DNA of 64,000 nt from Pseudomonadota bacterium (GCA_043821645.1 JBDRCO010000003.1:192001-256000), one strand, 5' to 3'. Positions 50,169 through 62,601 are shown, counted from the first letter of the stretch. Numbers and translations: made by a program. Notes: generated by a model from the sequence alone, not told the origin.

Positions 50169-50298
50169 GGATTCATTGTAGACGCAGCCAGCTGGCCACT
50201 CAACGAAATGGCCCGGAGTGGTCCCGGTCCGGGGTGCTCTGGTGAGCTGTTTGTGGCCACCGAGAAGGGCTCCGGCGGGGGCGTCGCTGCCGGCCGGT

Positions 50299-50328
50299 TT
50301 GACAGCGAGGGATGCCCGCGTGTACGTA
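50299..50328 (+). promoter_or_regulatory. Putative sigma70-type promoter for lipoprotein E
   Basis: TTGACA (50299-50304), 18-nt spacer, TACGTA; followed by an AT-rich stretch and a GGAGG RBS. Confidence 0.35.
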
Positions 50329-50375
50329 ATCCTCATAGAGAATGAATGCACCGACCCGGATTCCTGGAGGATGAC

Positions 50376-53300
50376 ATGACCCGGCGCTCCCTGACCCTGC
50401 TGTGGACTGTGGCCTTGGCCGGTCTCTCGTTCGCGCGCTGCGACTGCGAGGACCCCAACCTGGCCAAGATCCCCAAGCCAGAAATCCAGGTCATCGACGT
50501 GGAGACGGGTCGCATCAATGACCAGGCGGTGGCCGAGAGCGGGGCCTTCGTCGTCGACTTCGGTGCGGTGGACATCGGCCAGCAGGCGATCCGGACCCTG
50601 CGCGTGCTCAACAGCGGCACGGGTCAGCTTCACGTCACGGCGTTCCGCCTGGTCGAGGAAGGCCTGGACGAGACCCTGTGTGACGGGCTCAAGCGCGGCT
50701 TCGGCTTCGTCGCCCAGGACGAGCGCGCGACGCCCATGAACATCGACCCGACCAAGTCCCGGGATGTGCGCATCAGCTTCACGCCGCCAGCCGCTGGACC
50801 GCACTGTCTGGGCCTTCTGATCCAGAGCGATGACGAGAACGAGAAGGAGGTCCTCGTCTACCTGACGGGTCAGGGTTCGGGGGGCCGTCTGTGCACGACA
50901 CCTTACGGCGTCACGCGTCTCGACTTCGGTCCGGTCTTCGTAGGCGAGAGCTCCACCGAAACCCTGCAGTTCGAGAACTGTGGCAACCGCGCCATCTCCC
51001 TCACCGGGATCAGCATCGACACCAACCCCGACGACGTGTTCGCCCTGGTGACGCTGCCGACCCTGCCCCTGTCTATGGAGCCCGGCGCGAGCTTCAGCAT
51101 GGATCTGAGTTTCTCACCGGAGATGGTGCGCGAGTACCGCGCCTCGCTGGCCGGGCTGCTCAAGCTGGTCACCGGCGCACCCTATCCATCCGAGCAGTTC
51201 GTGGCGCTCGAGGGGACAGGTGCCGAGCGACCCCGCTGCAAGATCACCAGCGTCCCCCTCACCGTCAATTTCGGAGCAGTGGCGGGCAACGCGGGCCAGG
51301 TCGATCGCACCCTGCTGCTCAAGAACAACGGCGAGTGCCACTGCGAGATCTCGGCACTGAGCGACGTCGTGATGGATGCGCAGGCGAGTGTCGACGCCGG
51401 AACCTTCTCGCTGGTCAATAGCCCTGCGCTGCCCTTCTTTCTCCAGGGCACGGATCCCACGGCCGACGGCTGCTCGAGCACGGGCAACCCCACCAGCTCC
51501 ACGCAGCAGCTGACCGTGCGCTACACGCTTCCCAACCGCACCACCGCGGCGGTGGAACGCGGCCACTTCGACGTCACCAGCACCGATCCCGTCAACAGCC
51601 CGCTCACGGTCTTCATCGAGGCCAACGGTGGTGGCGTGCCGCACTGTCAGGTCAAGATCTCCCCCGAGGCACCGGACCAGGTGCAGCCCGGCGGCGGCAT
51701 GTTCGAGTTCGTGACCAAGACCCTGCTCAACCGCTGGGGTCTGGTGCGCTTCGGTAACGTCAACCTGCACTTCGAACGCTTCCAGCCCATCACCGTCGAG
51801 AACATCGGCAACTACGACTGCGTGGTCAAGGAGATCAAGTGGCGGCAGTCCTGGACGACCACCAACGAGTTTGGCTTTGCCGACGAGAACCAGCAGCGCA
51901 TGACCTTGCCGGCGCAGGTCAACCGGCGCCTGACCCCTGGGCAGATCGCGACCTGGTACGCGGTCTTCAAGCCCACCCATGCCTACAGCAGCACCTTGCC
52001 GATCCCGGACATGCGCTGCCTCAGCGGTGGCTACTGCGCGGCGTTGACCAGCTCGATGCAGAGCGAAACCTGCTTCACCCAGCCCTGCCAGTGGGGCAAT
52101 GGCGTGGATATCGTCACCGGCGACGGCAGCGATCCCCTCACCCAGGACACCGTCACCGACCAGTCGGCGCTGACCCTCCATACGCCCGGCACCTTCTCGG
52201 TGGGCTTCATGGGCAAGCCCACCACGCCTGCCATCGACGTCATACCGGCCGAGATCGACTTCGGCATGATCACCGTCGGCTGTGGCAGTGAGGAACGGAC
52301 CATCAAGGTCTACAACACTGGAAATGGCGACCTGGTGATCACCCGCCTCGAGATCTCGCCGACCGCCAATCCCGACGAGTTCCGCATCACCGCGGCCCTG
52401 GTGCCTCCGAACTACACGCTGCAGCCTGGTGGGACGCCCATGCCCATCAATGTTCGGTTCTTGCCGCGGCGCGAGGGTGTGCATCGCGCGGACCTGATCA
52501 TCTACGCGCTCGAGGGCACCACCGAGGTGCCCATGTTCACCGTGCCACTGCAAGGGGAGGGCACGCTGGAGACGCACCAGACCGATGTGTTCCGCCAGCT
52601 CTTCGACCCCCTCGTCGACGTGCTGTGGGTGGTGGACGACTCGGGATCCATGAGCACAGAGCAGGACATCCTGGGTCAGAACTTCCCGTCGTTCTTCACC
52701 CAGACCAGCATCAACAACGTCGACTACCACATCGCGGTGACGACGACGCTCACCCGCGACACCTGCGTGCCGGACTTCACCAACCCCAACGACTCCTGTG
52801 CCGGTACCCCGCCGCACCCCAAGGCGGGCTTTTACACGTCGTGCAACGGCAACGACAAGTGGATCACGACCGCCACGAGCAACCCGGAGCAGCAGTTCTC
52901 GTGCAACGTCAAGGTGTCGGATTCGGGCAACGTCAACCCTGATAGACCGACCTCGGACAGCGCCGAGGGAGGCCTGATGGCCGCACGCCTGTTCCTGTCA
53001 CCACCCAACATCGACGACGCCAACGCGAACCTGAACTTCCTGCGCGACGACGCCAAGCTGTACGTGATCATGGTCAGCGACGAGGAAGACCAGTCCGATG
53101 GGCCGACCGACCTGTACGTGGACTTTTTCCGCAACCTCAAGGGTTTCCGCAATGCCGGCCTGATCAACGTGTCGGCCATCGCCGGCGACGTTCCTGGCGG
53201 CTGCGGCGATACCAGCGGGCAGGGCAGCGGGGCCGGAGCCGAGGCCGGCGCACGCTACAAGGACGTGGTCGACGCCATGGGAGGGCTATTCCACAGCATT

Positions 53301-53621
53301 TGCTCCTCCGACTGGTCGAGCATGCTGTCGAGCCTGGCCTTCGACTCCTTCGGCCTCAAGATCCAGTTCTTCCTCACCCGGGGTGCGGCCAGTGCGGCCG
53401 ACATCGAGGTCTGCGTGTCCAGCCAGGACCTCACGGGCCACACCGGAGCCTGCTCCGCGCGCGGTGGCACCGTGGTGGCCCTGACCAGCGAGGGTGCGGC
53501 CAACGGCTGGTGGTACGACGCGGGTAGCAACTCGGTGGTGTTCAACGCTGGCAGCGTGCCACCACGCGGGCAGTGGATCCGCGTGGACTACGATACCGCC
53601 TGTCTGCCCCTTCAGCCCTGA
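50376..53621 (+). CDS. Cys-rich lipoprotein E: 5 ASH Ig-like domains + VWA (MIDAS) domain
   Basis: Signal ending ARCDC; VDFGAV, LDFGPV, VNFGAV, VRFGNV, IDFGMI repeats; DVLWVVDDSGSM..EQ, DYHIAVTTT, FLRDDA.L, VSDEEDQS, SICSSDW. Confidence 0.85.
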   Translation: MTRRSLTLLWTVALAGLSFARCDCEDPNLAKIPKPEIQVIDVETGRINDQAVAESGAFVVDFGAVDIGQQAIRTLRVLNSGTGQLHVTAFRLVEEGLDETLCDGLKRGFGFVAQDERATPMNIDPTKSRDVRISFTPPAAGPHCLGLLIQSDDENEKEVLVYLTGQGSGGRLCTTPYGVTRLDFGPVFVGESSTETLQFENCGNRAISLTGISIDTNPDDVFALVTLPTLPLSMEPGASFSMDLSFSPEMVREYRASLAGLLKLVTGAPYPSEQFVALEGTGAERPRCKITSVPLTVNFGAVAGNAGQVDRTLLLKNNGECHCEISALSDVVMDAQASVDAGTFSLVNSPALPFFLQGTDPTADGCSSTGNPTSSTQQLTVRYTLPNRTTAAVERGHFDVTSTDPVNSPLTVFIEANGGGVPHCQVKISPEAPDQVQPGGGMFEFVTKTLLNRWGLVRFGNVNLHFERFQPITVENIGNYDCVVKEIKWRQSWTTTNEFGFADENQQRMTLPAQVNRRLTPGQIATWYAVFKPTHAYSSTLPIPDMRCLSGGYCAALTSSMQSETCFTQPCQWGNGVDIVTGDGSDPLTQDTVTDQSALTLHTPGTFSVGFMGKPTTPAIDVIPAEIDFGMITVGCGSEERTIKVYNTGNGDLVITRLEISPTANPDEFRITAALVPPNYTLQPGGTPMPINVRFLPRREGVHRADLIIYALEGTTEVPMFTVPLQGEGTLETHQTDVFRQLFDPLVDVLWVVDDSGSMSTEQDILGQNFPSFFTQTSINNVDYHIAVTTTLTRDTCVPDFTNPNDSCAGTPPHPKAGFYTSCNGNDKWITTATSNPEQQFSCNVKVSDSGNVNPDRPTSDSAEGGLMAARLFLSPPNIDDANANLNFLRDDAKLYVIMVSDEEDQSDGPTDLYVDFFRNLKGFRNAGLINVSAIAGDVPGGCGDTSGQGSGAGAEAGARYKDVVDAMGGLFHSICSSDWSSMLSSLAFDSFGLKIQFFLTRGAASAADIEVCVSSQDLTGHTGACSARGGTVVALTSEGAANGWWYDAGSNSVVFNAGSVPPRGQWIRVDYDTACLPLQP

Positions 53622-53640
53622 GCTCCGAGCGGCTAAAAAA

Positions 53641-53668
53641 TTGATTTGCATCTCACCGGTGCGACAAT
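53641..53668 (+). promoter_or_regulatory. Putative sigma70-type promoter for the small ORF
   Basis: A6 tract, TTGATT, 16-nt spacer, extended -10 TGcGACAAT. Confidence 0.45.
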
Positions 53669-53725
53669 GGAGCCGGTGGACGGCACCCTGCGCTCGCAGT
53701 CGCCAGTCCACGCCAGGAGGAGCCC

Positions 53726-53881
53726 ATGAGCACCCGTCACGATCGCGACATCGTCTTCGAGAGCCTCAAGATGTTTGACCGCCCCGAGGAGGAACTGCGC
53801 CGCCGCTGCCTGGATGCCGACGAGGACGTGGACTATCTCGTCGAGAAGCTGTTCTCGACGTCCTTCGACTCCAAGGCGTGA
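53726..53881 (+). CDS. Small hypothetical protein, 51 aa (absent from the ORF track)
   Basis: AGGAGG RBS 5 nt upstream of ATG; MSTRHDRDIVFESLKMFDRPEEELRRRCLDADEDVDYLVEKLFSTSFDSKA; GC-rich third positions; fills an intergenic gap. Confidence 0.7.
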   Translation: MSTRHDRDIVFESLKMFDRPEEELRRRCLDADEDVDYLVEKLFSTSFDSKA

Positions 53882-53894
53882 CTCCCGCTCGGGT

Positions 53895-54521
53895 TCAGCG
53901 GACCGCATCCAGGGGCGTGATGCGCAGGTTGTCGAAGCGGATCTGCGCTGCCCAGTTGTTGAACGCGAACCTGTTGTTGTCAGGGCCGTACAGGCCCTCG
54001 GGGTCGTCGCGCTCGAGGTACTTCTCCCCGTCGAGGAACTGGGTGATCACGTTGCCCTGGCGCACGATGCGCCACTGGTAGGTGTGCCCGGATGTGAGGC
54101 CGGCGCGGCGCTTGTAGGGCACGCTGTCGAAGGGAACCTGATCCAGCTCGTGCTCGCGCTGCCGGGCGATGATCGAGGCCGAGTTGTTCCAGCCGCCGTT
54201 GATGATGATGTAGCCTGACTCGTGGGAACGCCCGTCGCCGAAGAGCTCGCACTTGAGGTCGACCGCCGGTGAGCTGCTGGTGGCGTCGAAGCGAATCTCG
54301 ACATCGCGAGGCATGGCCCAGTCCAGCCACAGCGCCACGTTCTGATCGCCCGTGGTGACCAGGGCACCATCCCGGACCTTCCAGGACCCGCCCTGAAAGT
54401 TCCAGTGGGGACCCAGCTGACCCGCGCTGAAGTCGTCGGCGAAGGGCTCGCTGCTCGCCTCCGAACTCGCCTTGCAGGCCAGCAGTGTCAGCAAAAGGGC
54501 AGATGCAATGAGCAGGCGCAT
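53895..54521 (-). CDS. Lipoprotein with a concanavalin-like (DUF1080/GH16-like) beta-sandwich
   Basis: Lipobox LLAC; F.DDFS....W....G.W.V.DG.L, GYI.I.GGWNN, W.I.R.G..I...LDG, .FDNL.I. Confidence 0.7.
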   Translation of the reverse strand: MRLLIASALLLTLLACKASSEASSEPFADDFSAGQLGPHWNFQGGSWKVRDGALVTTGDQNVALWLDWAMPRDVEIRFDATSSSPAVDLKCELFGDGRSHESGYIIINGGWNNSASIIARQREHELDQVPFDSVPYKRRAGLTSGHTYQWRIVRQGNVITQFLDGEKYLERDDPEGLYGPDNNRFAFNNWAAQIRFDNLRITPLDAVR

Positions 54522-54595
54522 GGGGGGCCTCACCTCGTGGACAAGCTCGGTCCCATAGCATAGGCTGCGCCGCTCTCACAACCGGGTGGCGTGGC

Positions 54596-55498
54596 GTGGC
54601 AGACGAAAAGCTTTGGACCGTGCGCGATGTGCTCGACGCGGCGCGCGACTTCCTGGGCAAGCGTGGGGTCGACAATCCCCGGCTCGATGCGGAGCTCTTG
54701 CTCGCCCATGGCCTGGGTGTGCGCCGAATCGATCTGTACCTGCAGTTCGACCGGCCCCTGGGTGACGAGGAGCGCGCCATCTTCCGGCTGTTGTTGCGAC
54801 GGCGGGGAGAGCGGGAACCCGTCGCTTACCTGACCGGGCATCGGGAGTTCTTCGGCTTCCCCTTCGAGGTCAGTCCCGAGGTGTTGATCCCTCGGCCAGA
54901 AACCGAGCTGCTGGTCGAGCTCGTGCTCCGGCACGCGCCGCAGGACCTGCGAATGCTCGACCTGTGCACAGGGTCCGGCTGCGTGGCCATCGCGGTGCTG
55001 GCCCAGCGCAGCCTGGCGCGAGCCGTGGCAGTGGACATCTCGCCCGGAGCCCTGCAGGTCGCCCGTCGGAATGCTCAGGTCAACGGGGTTGCCGAGCGCC
55101 TGCAGCTTGTGCGCGGGGACCTGGCCGAGGCGCTGCGTGGCCCGCTGGACGTGGTGGTGGCCAACCCGCCCTACGTCACCGAGGACGAGTGGCCGTCCCT
55201 GGCGCCGGAGATCCGGCAGCACGAACCACGCCTGGCCCTGACCTCGGCCCAGGGTGGCCTGGCCCACAGCCGGCGCATCGCGGCGTGGCTGGCCAGGCAT
55301 CTGAGCCCCACGGGGATGGCTGCCGTGGAGTGTGCGGACAGCCGCGGACCTGCCACCCGCGAGGTGTTCGCGGAGGTTCTTGGAGATCGCTTCCCGGTCG
55401 TGCTCGAGCGCGACCTGGCGGGGCTGGATCGCGTGGTGCGGGTAGGGCCTGTGGCCGACCCTGGATCATCGACGGGGAGCGCCGAAGACAGCGCTTGA
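54596..55498 (+). CDS. prmC: Release factor glutamine methyltransferase
   Basis: RLDAELLL, RR..REP.AY.TG.REF, VLIPRPETE, DLCTGSG, NPPY, EP.LAL..G. Confidence 0.95.
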   Translation: MADEKLWTVRDVLDAARDFLGKRGVDNPRLDAELLLAHGLGVRRIDLYLQFDRPLGDEERAIFRLLLRRRGEREPVAYLTGHREFFGFPFEVSPEVLIPRPETELLVELVLRHAPQDLRMLDLCTGSGCVAIAVLAQRSLARAVAVDISPGALQVARRNAQVNGVAERLQLVRGDLAEALRGPLDVVVANPPYVTEDEWPSLAPEIRQHEPRLALTSAQGGLAHSRRIAAWLARHLSPTGMAAVECADSRGPATREVFAEVLGDRFPVVLERDLAGLDRVVRVGPVADPGSSTGSAEDSA

Positions 55499-55561
55499 CA
55501 AGGCGGCCTGACAGTCCGATACGGCCATGCTCCTGCGAGGGGCGAGCTGGAGTGGAGGCGG

Positions 55562-57418
55562 ATGCCGATCTCCGATCAGGCAATTCGAGAGATCCGGGAC
55601 CGCGCCGACATCGTCCAGGTCATCGGCCGCACGGTCTCCCTCAAGCAGCGCGGCAAGAACCACATCGGCCTGTGTCCCTTTCACCAGGAAAAGACCCCCT
55701 CGTTCAACGTCTCGCCCGAGCGCGGCAGTTTCTACTGCTTCGGCTGTCATGCCAGCGGGGACGTGTTTGCCTTCGTGCAACGCACCGAGGGCAAGAACTT
55801 CCCCGAGGCCGTACGGGAACTGGCATCCCAGGTGGGTATCGTGCTCGAGGAACGCGCCGAGAGCCCCGAGGAGAAGGCGGCCCGGGAAAAGAGGCAGCGC
55901 CTGCTCGAGGTGCTGCAGGCCGTGCAGGATCTCTACCATGGCGCCCTGGCTGCACCCGGGGGGCAGGCCGCGCGGACCTACCTCGCGGGCCGCGATATCG
56001 ACACGGAACTCATCGAGCGCTTCGGCATTGGCTTCGGCGGCGCCGGGCGGGATCTCCGGCGCCTCGGGCCGCTCGAGGGTATCCAGGACGACGAGCTCGA
56101 GGAGGTGGGGGTGGTGGCGCGCAGCGAGCGTGGCGACTACCATCGCTTCGGCGAGCGCATCACCTTTCCGATCCGCGATCCCCAGGGTCGCGTGGTGGGT
56201 GTGGGAGCCCGGGTCTTTGGGCGGTTCGACGACGGCAAGCGCGCCAAGTACATCAACTCGCCCGAGGGCCCGCTGTTTCACAAGAGCGACCTGCTGTACG
56301 GCTTGCACGAGGCGCGGCCGAAGCTTGGCCGCGGGGGCACCGCGGTGCTTGTCGAGGGTTATCTCGACGTCATCAGCCTGGCCAAGATCGGGCTGCCCAC
56401 CGCCGTCGCTCCCTGCGGCACTGCGCTCACGCGCAACCAGGCTCGCCTGCTGCGTCGCCACGCGGCGAAGGCCGTGCTGTGTTTCGACGGCGACGAAGCC
56501 GGACAGAAGGCAGCGCGACGTGCTCTACCCCTGCTGCTCGAGCAGCAGATCGAGACCCACCTGGCCGTGCTGCCTTCTGCCGAGGATCCCGACAGCATGG
56601 CGCGACGGAACGCGGAACAGCTACAGACCCTGGTCGACAAGGCGCCCCTGGCCCTCGAGCACATCATCGCCGAGGCCGCGGGGCAGGCCGGGGCCACGGT
56701 CGAGGGCCGCCTGCGGGCCGTGGATACCCTGCGCGAACCCTTGCTGGCCATGCCCGAGAGTCTGGCGCGGGATCTCTTTATCGAGCGCGCGGCCCAGGCC
56801 CTGGCCATCGAGATCGGCGCCCTGCGCCGGGAACTCTCTCGCCATGGCCGGACGGATCCGGCGCCCAGGGCCGTCGAGCCTCCGCTGGACAGCCCTGTCG
56901 TCGAGGCAGAGCCTCGCCCCGAGCGCATCCACCAGCAGGAGCGCCAGATCGTGCGCTTGTTTCTCGAGTGGCCAAACCTGCTCGAGGAGGAGGCGGCCGC
57001 GCACCTGCCGCAGATGCTGCGCTCGCCATCGGTTCGACAGTTCCTGGACGAGAGCCTGCAGCAGGTCCAGGTTTCGGGCTCCTCGCCCGCCCTTGACACC
57101 TTGGTTGGCCTGCTGTCGCATCCCGTGTTACGTGAGGTCGCGGCCGAGGTCATCCAGGGGCAAAGGGTGTACGGCGAGGCACAGGCGCGGGAGGCGCTCG
57201 AGGAGACCTGTGACAATCTGTGGCGCACGCGAGCGCGCACGGAGACCGAGTTGTTGATGCGTGAGCTGCGAGGTATCGAGAGCGATCCCGCGCAGCTGAC
57301 GACGCAGATGGAGCTGTTGCAGAAGATCAGGGACCTCAATGCGCAGCTGCAAAGGGGTTGTCCCTGGATCATGAAGCAGAGTGATGGCGGTCAGGAGCTG
57401 GAGCAGCCGGGCCACTGA
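55562..57418 (+). CDS. dnaG: DNA primase
   Basis: CHC2 Zn finger (CPFH.EKTPSF...CFGC), RI.FPI, KYINSPE, VEGYLDV, FDGDEAG, DPD. Confidence 0.96.
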   Translation: MPISDQAIREIRDRADIVQVIGRTVSLKQRGKNHIGLCPFHQEKTPSFNVSPERGSFYCFGCHASGDVFAFVQRTEGKNFPEAVRELASQVGIVLEERAESPEEKAAREKRQRLLEVLQAVQDLYHGALAAPGGQAARTYLAGRDIDTELIERFGIGFGGAGRDLRRLGPLEGIQDDELEEVGVVARSERGDYHRFGERITFPIRDPQGRVVGVGARVFGRFDDGKRAKYINSPEGPLFHKSDLLYGLHEARPKLGRGGTAVLVEGYLDVISLAKIGLPTAVAPCGTALTRNQARLLRRHAAKAVLCFDGDEAGQKAARRALPLLLEQQIETHLAVLPSAEDPDSMARRNAEQLQTLVDKAPLALEHIIAEAAGQAGATVEGRLRAVDTLREPLLAMPESLARDLFIERAAQALAIEIGALRRELSRHGRTDPAPRAVEPPLDSPVVEAEPRPERIHQQERQIVRLFLEWPNLLEEEAAAHLPQMLRSPSVRQFLDESLQQVQVSGSSPALDTLVGLLSHPVLREVAAEVIQGQRVYGEAQAREALEETCDNLWRTRARTETELLMRELRGIESDPAQLTTQMELLQKIRDLNAQLQRGCPWIMKQSDGGQELEQPGH

Positions 57419-57477
57419 GATCAAGAAGGTTCCCCGCGCGCCGACGTGTCGGGATGACGAGAGGACGAGACAAGCAC

Positions 57478-59691
<2,214 letters not shown>

Positions 59692-59840
59692 CGTCGAGAA
59701 GGCGTGACGGCGAGGGAAACCGGAGAGAAGGCACGCAGGAGGAGAAGACAGGGCCCAGACGGAGCGAGAGGCGCAAGGAACGGCAGCCACCTGGGAGCGA
59801 AGCGACGAGGTGGACCGTGATGGCGCTGGTTGGGTGGGGG

Positions 59841-59888
59841 CCCCGGCGAATTCACTTCGTCGGGGGAGGGCCTGCCCGACAGGCCCTC
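59841..59888 (+). other. Two adjacent stem-loops upstream of the tRNA
   Basis: CCCCGGCGAA-TTCAC-TTCGTCGGGG and the perfect 9-bp GAGGGCCTG-CCCGA-CAGGCCCTC; no U-tract. Confidence 0.45.
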
Positions 59889-59901
59889 GGAAAGAACGAG
59901 C

Positions 59902-59973
59902 GGGCCCATAGCTCAGCGGTAGAGCCGTCGGCTCATAACCGATAGGTCCCAGGTTCGAATCCTGGTGGGCCCA
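59902..59973 (+). tRNA. tRNA-Ile2 (anticodon CAT, lysidine-modified); CCA not encoded
   Basis: Cloverleaf: acceptor GGGCCCA/TGGGCCC, D-arm GCTCAG..GGTAGAGC, anticodon CAT at 59934-59936, GGTTCGAATCC. G1:C72 pair and C4:G69/C5:G68 TilS determinants; position after rpoD is typical. Confidence 0.9.
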
Positions 59974-60010
59974 GTGGAGAGAATCCGACGCCACGACGGT
60001 GCCGGAACAC

Positions 60011-60775
60011 ATGTCGGAGGATGGGACATTGCGTGACCAGCTGATATTGCTCTACGAGCTGCAACAACTCGACCACAGGATTCGTGACTGCGAGATCCGC
60101 CTCAGGGGCATCCCGCTGGAAGCCGCTGCGACCAAGGAGAGCCTGGACAAGAGCCAGGGATCGCTCACCGAGTTGCTGGCGCGGCAGGATGTCAACGAGA
60201 GCGAGCGCCGGGCCATGGAACGCGACCTGGCCGCAGACCGCGAGAAGCTACGCAAGTGGGAAGCGCGCCTCAACGACATCCGCAACAGCCGTGAGTTCGC
60301 CGCCCTGTCCCGCGAGATCGAGGGACTCAAGCGGCAGAACCGCGACACCGAGGAGAAGATCCTCGAGCACATGCAGCAGGGCGAGGAGATCGCCAAGCAG
60401 GTCGCGACGCTGTCGACCCAGGTCGATCAGCACGCCACGACCTACCACGAACTCCACCTGGCGGCGGATGACCAGAGCATCCAGGTGCGCGCGGAGATGG
60501 AGCAGATCGGCAGCGCCCGGGGTTCCATCACCAGCCGGCTGCAGGCACCGATCCTCAAGAAGTACGAGTTCATTCGCCAGCGCCGGGACGGCATCGGTCT
60601 GGTGGTGCTCGCAGACGGTACCTGCCAGGGCTGCCACATGCAGCTTCCGCCGCAGATGTACAACGAGCTGCAGCGCGGCGATCGTCTCGAGGTCTGCCCG
60701 AGCTGCCAGCGCATCCTGTTTTACGAGCAGCTGGCCCAGCGCACCACCGAGGACCAGGCTGGCATCCAGCCCTAG
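60011..60775 (+). CDS. C4-type zinc-ribbon coiled-coil protein (DUF164/CT398 family)
   Basis: L..LQ.LD, long coiled coil, REF.AL..EI, YE.IR....G, CQGC.M.LPPQ....CPSC.RIL. Confidence 0.9.
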   Translation: MSEDGTLRDQLILLYELQQLDHRIRDCEIRLRGIPLEAAATKESLDKSQGSLTELLARQDVNESERRAMERDLAADREKLRKWEARLNDIRNSREFAALSREIEGLKRQNRDTEEKILEHMQQGEEIAKQVATLSTQVDQHATTYHELHLAADDQSIQVRAEMEQIGSARGSITSRLQAPILKKYEFIRQRRDGIGLVVLADGTCQGCHMQLPPQMYNELQRGDRLEVCPSCQRILFYEQLAQRTTEDQAGIQP

Positions 60776-60870
60776 ACCCGCTGCTGCGTCGAGCGAGCAG
60801 AACCCTACCCTGGCTCAGGATTCTCGGACTTCGACGTGGCAAGCCCGTCTTGCCCTTCTGGTCTCCCCGC

Positions 60871-62520
60871 TCAGTCCCGCAGGATCACGCCGCTGTCATC
60901 GAGGAGATCGCCGGTGATGGCGCGCCGCTTCCAGCGTGCCAGGCGCAGGTCGGCCTCTGCGCGTTGCAAGGAGAGCTCGGCCTGGCGGAGCCGTTCCTGC
61001 GCGTCGAGGAGTTCGAAGGCGGTTCCCAGTCCCAGGTGATAGCGCTCGGTCTCGACGTCGACGTTGCGTGCGGCGAGGTCGCGCGACACCCGGCTCACCT
61101 GGATGCGCTTGTGCGCCAGGCGCGCCTCGTCGAGGGCACGGGCGAGGTCCATGCGAACCTGTGCTTCGGCCTCGTCACGGGCAAGGCTCGCGCGGTGCAT
61201 GGACAGCCTTGCTTCCTCGACGCGCTGCCCGGCCTCGCGGTTTTCCAGCGGCATGGCGAAGAGCATACCCGCGTGCCAGTTGAAGCCCTCGCGTGCCCCG
61301 AACAGGCCCTGCCACACCGCGAGGCCATTGCGGTCCTGAGACACCAGTCCGAGGCCCGCGGAGGCGTCGAGACGGGGCAACAGGCGGTCCTGGGCAGCCA
61401 GCAGCGCGAACCGGGCCTCGTCGACGGAGAGCCGGGCCGCGAGCAGCCCCGGGTTGCGGGCCAGGGCGCGCGCCAGCAGCGCCTCGGTGTCGGGTGCCTG
61501 TGTGTCGCGCTCGTCGAGGAGCAAGGGATGAAGCGGCTGCGCTCCGGGGAGGATGGGCAAACCCAGGGCGCGCCGCAGCTGGACATCCAGGTCGTAGATG
61601 GAGCGCTCGGCGGCAAGCGCCGCCTCCTCTCGCTGGGCCACGGTCTGCTGGATCTGCAGCTCTGCCACCGGTGCCTGCTGTCCCGCCTCGATGCGTGCGC
61701 GCGTGATCTCGAGCTCGTCCCGCGCCAGGTCGCGGGCTGCCAGCCGCAGGGTGCGATCGATCCGGGCCAGGGCCAGCTCACTGGCCAGGGTGTTGACCTG
61801 GAGCAGGACCTCGCTCGCGACCGCGCGCTGCCTCGTCTGCTCGCGGAGGACCGCCACCGAGGCCGAGCGGTCCGCGGCGTCGTTGACGTCGGAACTGCGT
61901 CCGCGCAGCAAGGGCTGCACGACGCTGATGTCGGTGTTGACACCGAACAGATCGATGGACGATGGGCCAGGAGTCTCGGTGCTGCGAAGTTCGATGGGAA
62001 AGGTGATGTCCGGGGTGCCGGGGCCAATGGCCTCTCCCGGGATGGTCAGCAGCAACGACGAGGGCAGGGCTCGGTAGCTGTATAAGGGATACTCGTACCA
62101 GGCCTCGGTGGCGCGCAGCCGCAGCTCGGTCCCGGTGCGCAGGCGACGCGAGAGCTGGATGTAGGCCTCGATGCTGGTCCTGGGTTGCAGGTCCTCGGGC
62201 CGCAGGGGATTGGCGCTCAAGGTCTGGGTGATGCTGCTGCCGGAATCGAGGACCCAGTCAAAGGGGGCGCCTGACCCTTGCCGGCGGGCCCGCGCTTGGT
62301 CGAGCGAGACCGCGCTGTCGCGCAGACGGGGGTTGCCCTCGATGGCGGCGCGAAGCAAGGCGCCGTGATCGTACACCGGGCCACCGAGGTCCTCGCTAGG
62401 CTGCACGGGGTCCCCGGTGCCCTGGGCTGTCGCCAGACCAGGAGCGAATCCCAGCCACAGTATGCAGACAGCCCCGAGGGACTGCGCCCGACGTCGCAGC
62501 ACGGGGAACCGGGTGCCCAT
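60871..62520 (-). CDS. TolC family outer-membrane protein
   Basis: Signal peptide from MGTRFP; A.E.NP.L, QPLLRG, R.EAG......LQ, LLP.LD, PL.NR.A, E.ERY.LG..T..ELL.AQ. Confidence 0.85.
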   Translation of the reverse strand: MGTRFPVLRRRAQSLGAVCILWLGFAPGLATAQGTGDPVQPSEDLGGPVYDHGALLRAAIEGNPRLRDSAVSLDQARARRQGSGAPFDWVLDSGSSITQTLSANPLRPEDLQPRTSIEAYIQLSRRLRTGTELRLRATEAWYEYPLYSYRALPSSLLLTIPGEAIGPGTPDITFPIELRSTETPGPSSIDLFGVNTDISVVQPLLRGRSSDVNDAADRSASVAVLREQTRQRAVASEVLLQVNTLASELALARIDRTLRLAARDLARDELEITRARIEAGQQAPVAELQIQQTVAQREEAALAAERSIYDLDVQLRRALGLPILPGAQPLHPLLLDERDTQAPDTEALLARALARNPGLLAARLSVDEARFALLAAQDRLLPRLDASAGLGLVSQDRNGLAVWQGLFGAREGFNWHAGMLFAMPLENREAGQRVEEARLSMHRASLARDEAEAQVRMDLARALDEARLAHKRIQVSRVSRDLAARNVDVETERYHLGLGTAFELLDAQERLRQAELSLQRAEADLRLARWKRRAITGDLLDDSGVILRD

Positions 62521-62601
62521 GGCTTCAGTGTACGCACTGGCTGGGGTCGCCGCAGCAGCAAAACAGCAGTCCGCTTGTCGTCGAGCGGCGGGCTCCGTAT
62601 C

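Noticed and set aside
59902..59973. Assignment as tRNA-fMet or elongator tRNA-Met
   Set aside because: No C1:A72 mismatch and no GGG/CCC anticodon stem, so not fMet. Acceptor-stem determinants and the post-rpoD position favour Ile2 over elongator Met.
60776..60870. rnpB or another ncRNA after the zinc-ribbon gene
   Set aside because: The spacer is only ~95 nt and lacks the GAGGAAAGTCC RNase P signature.
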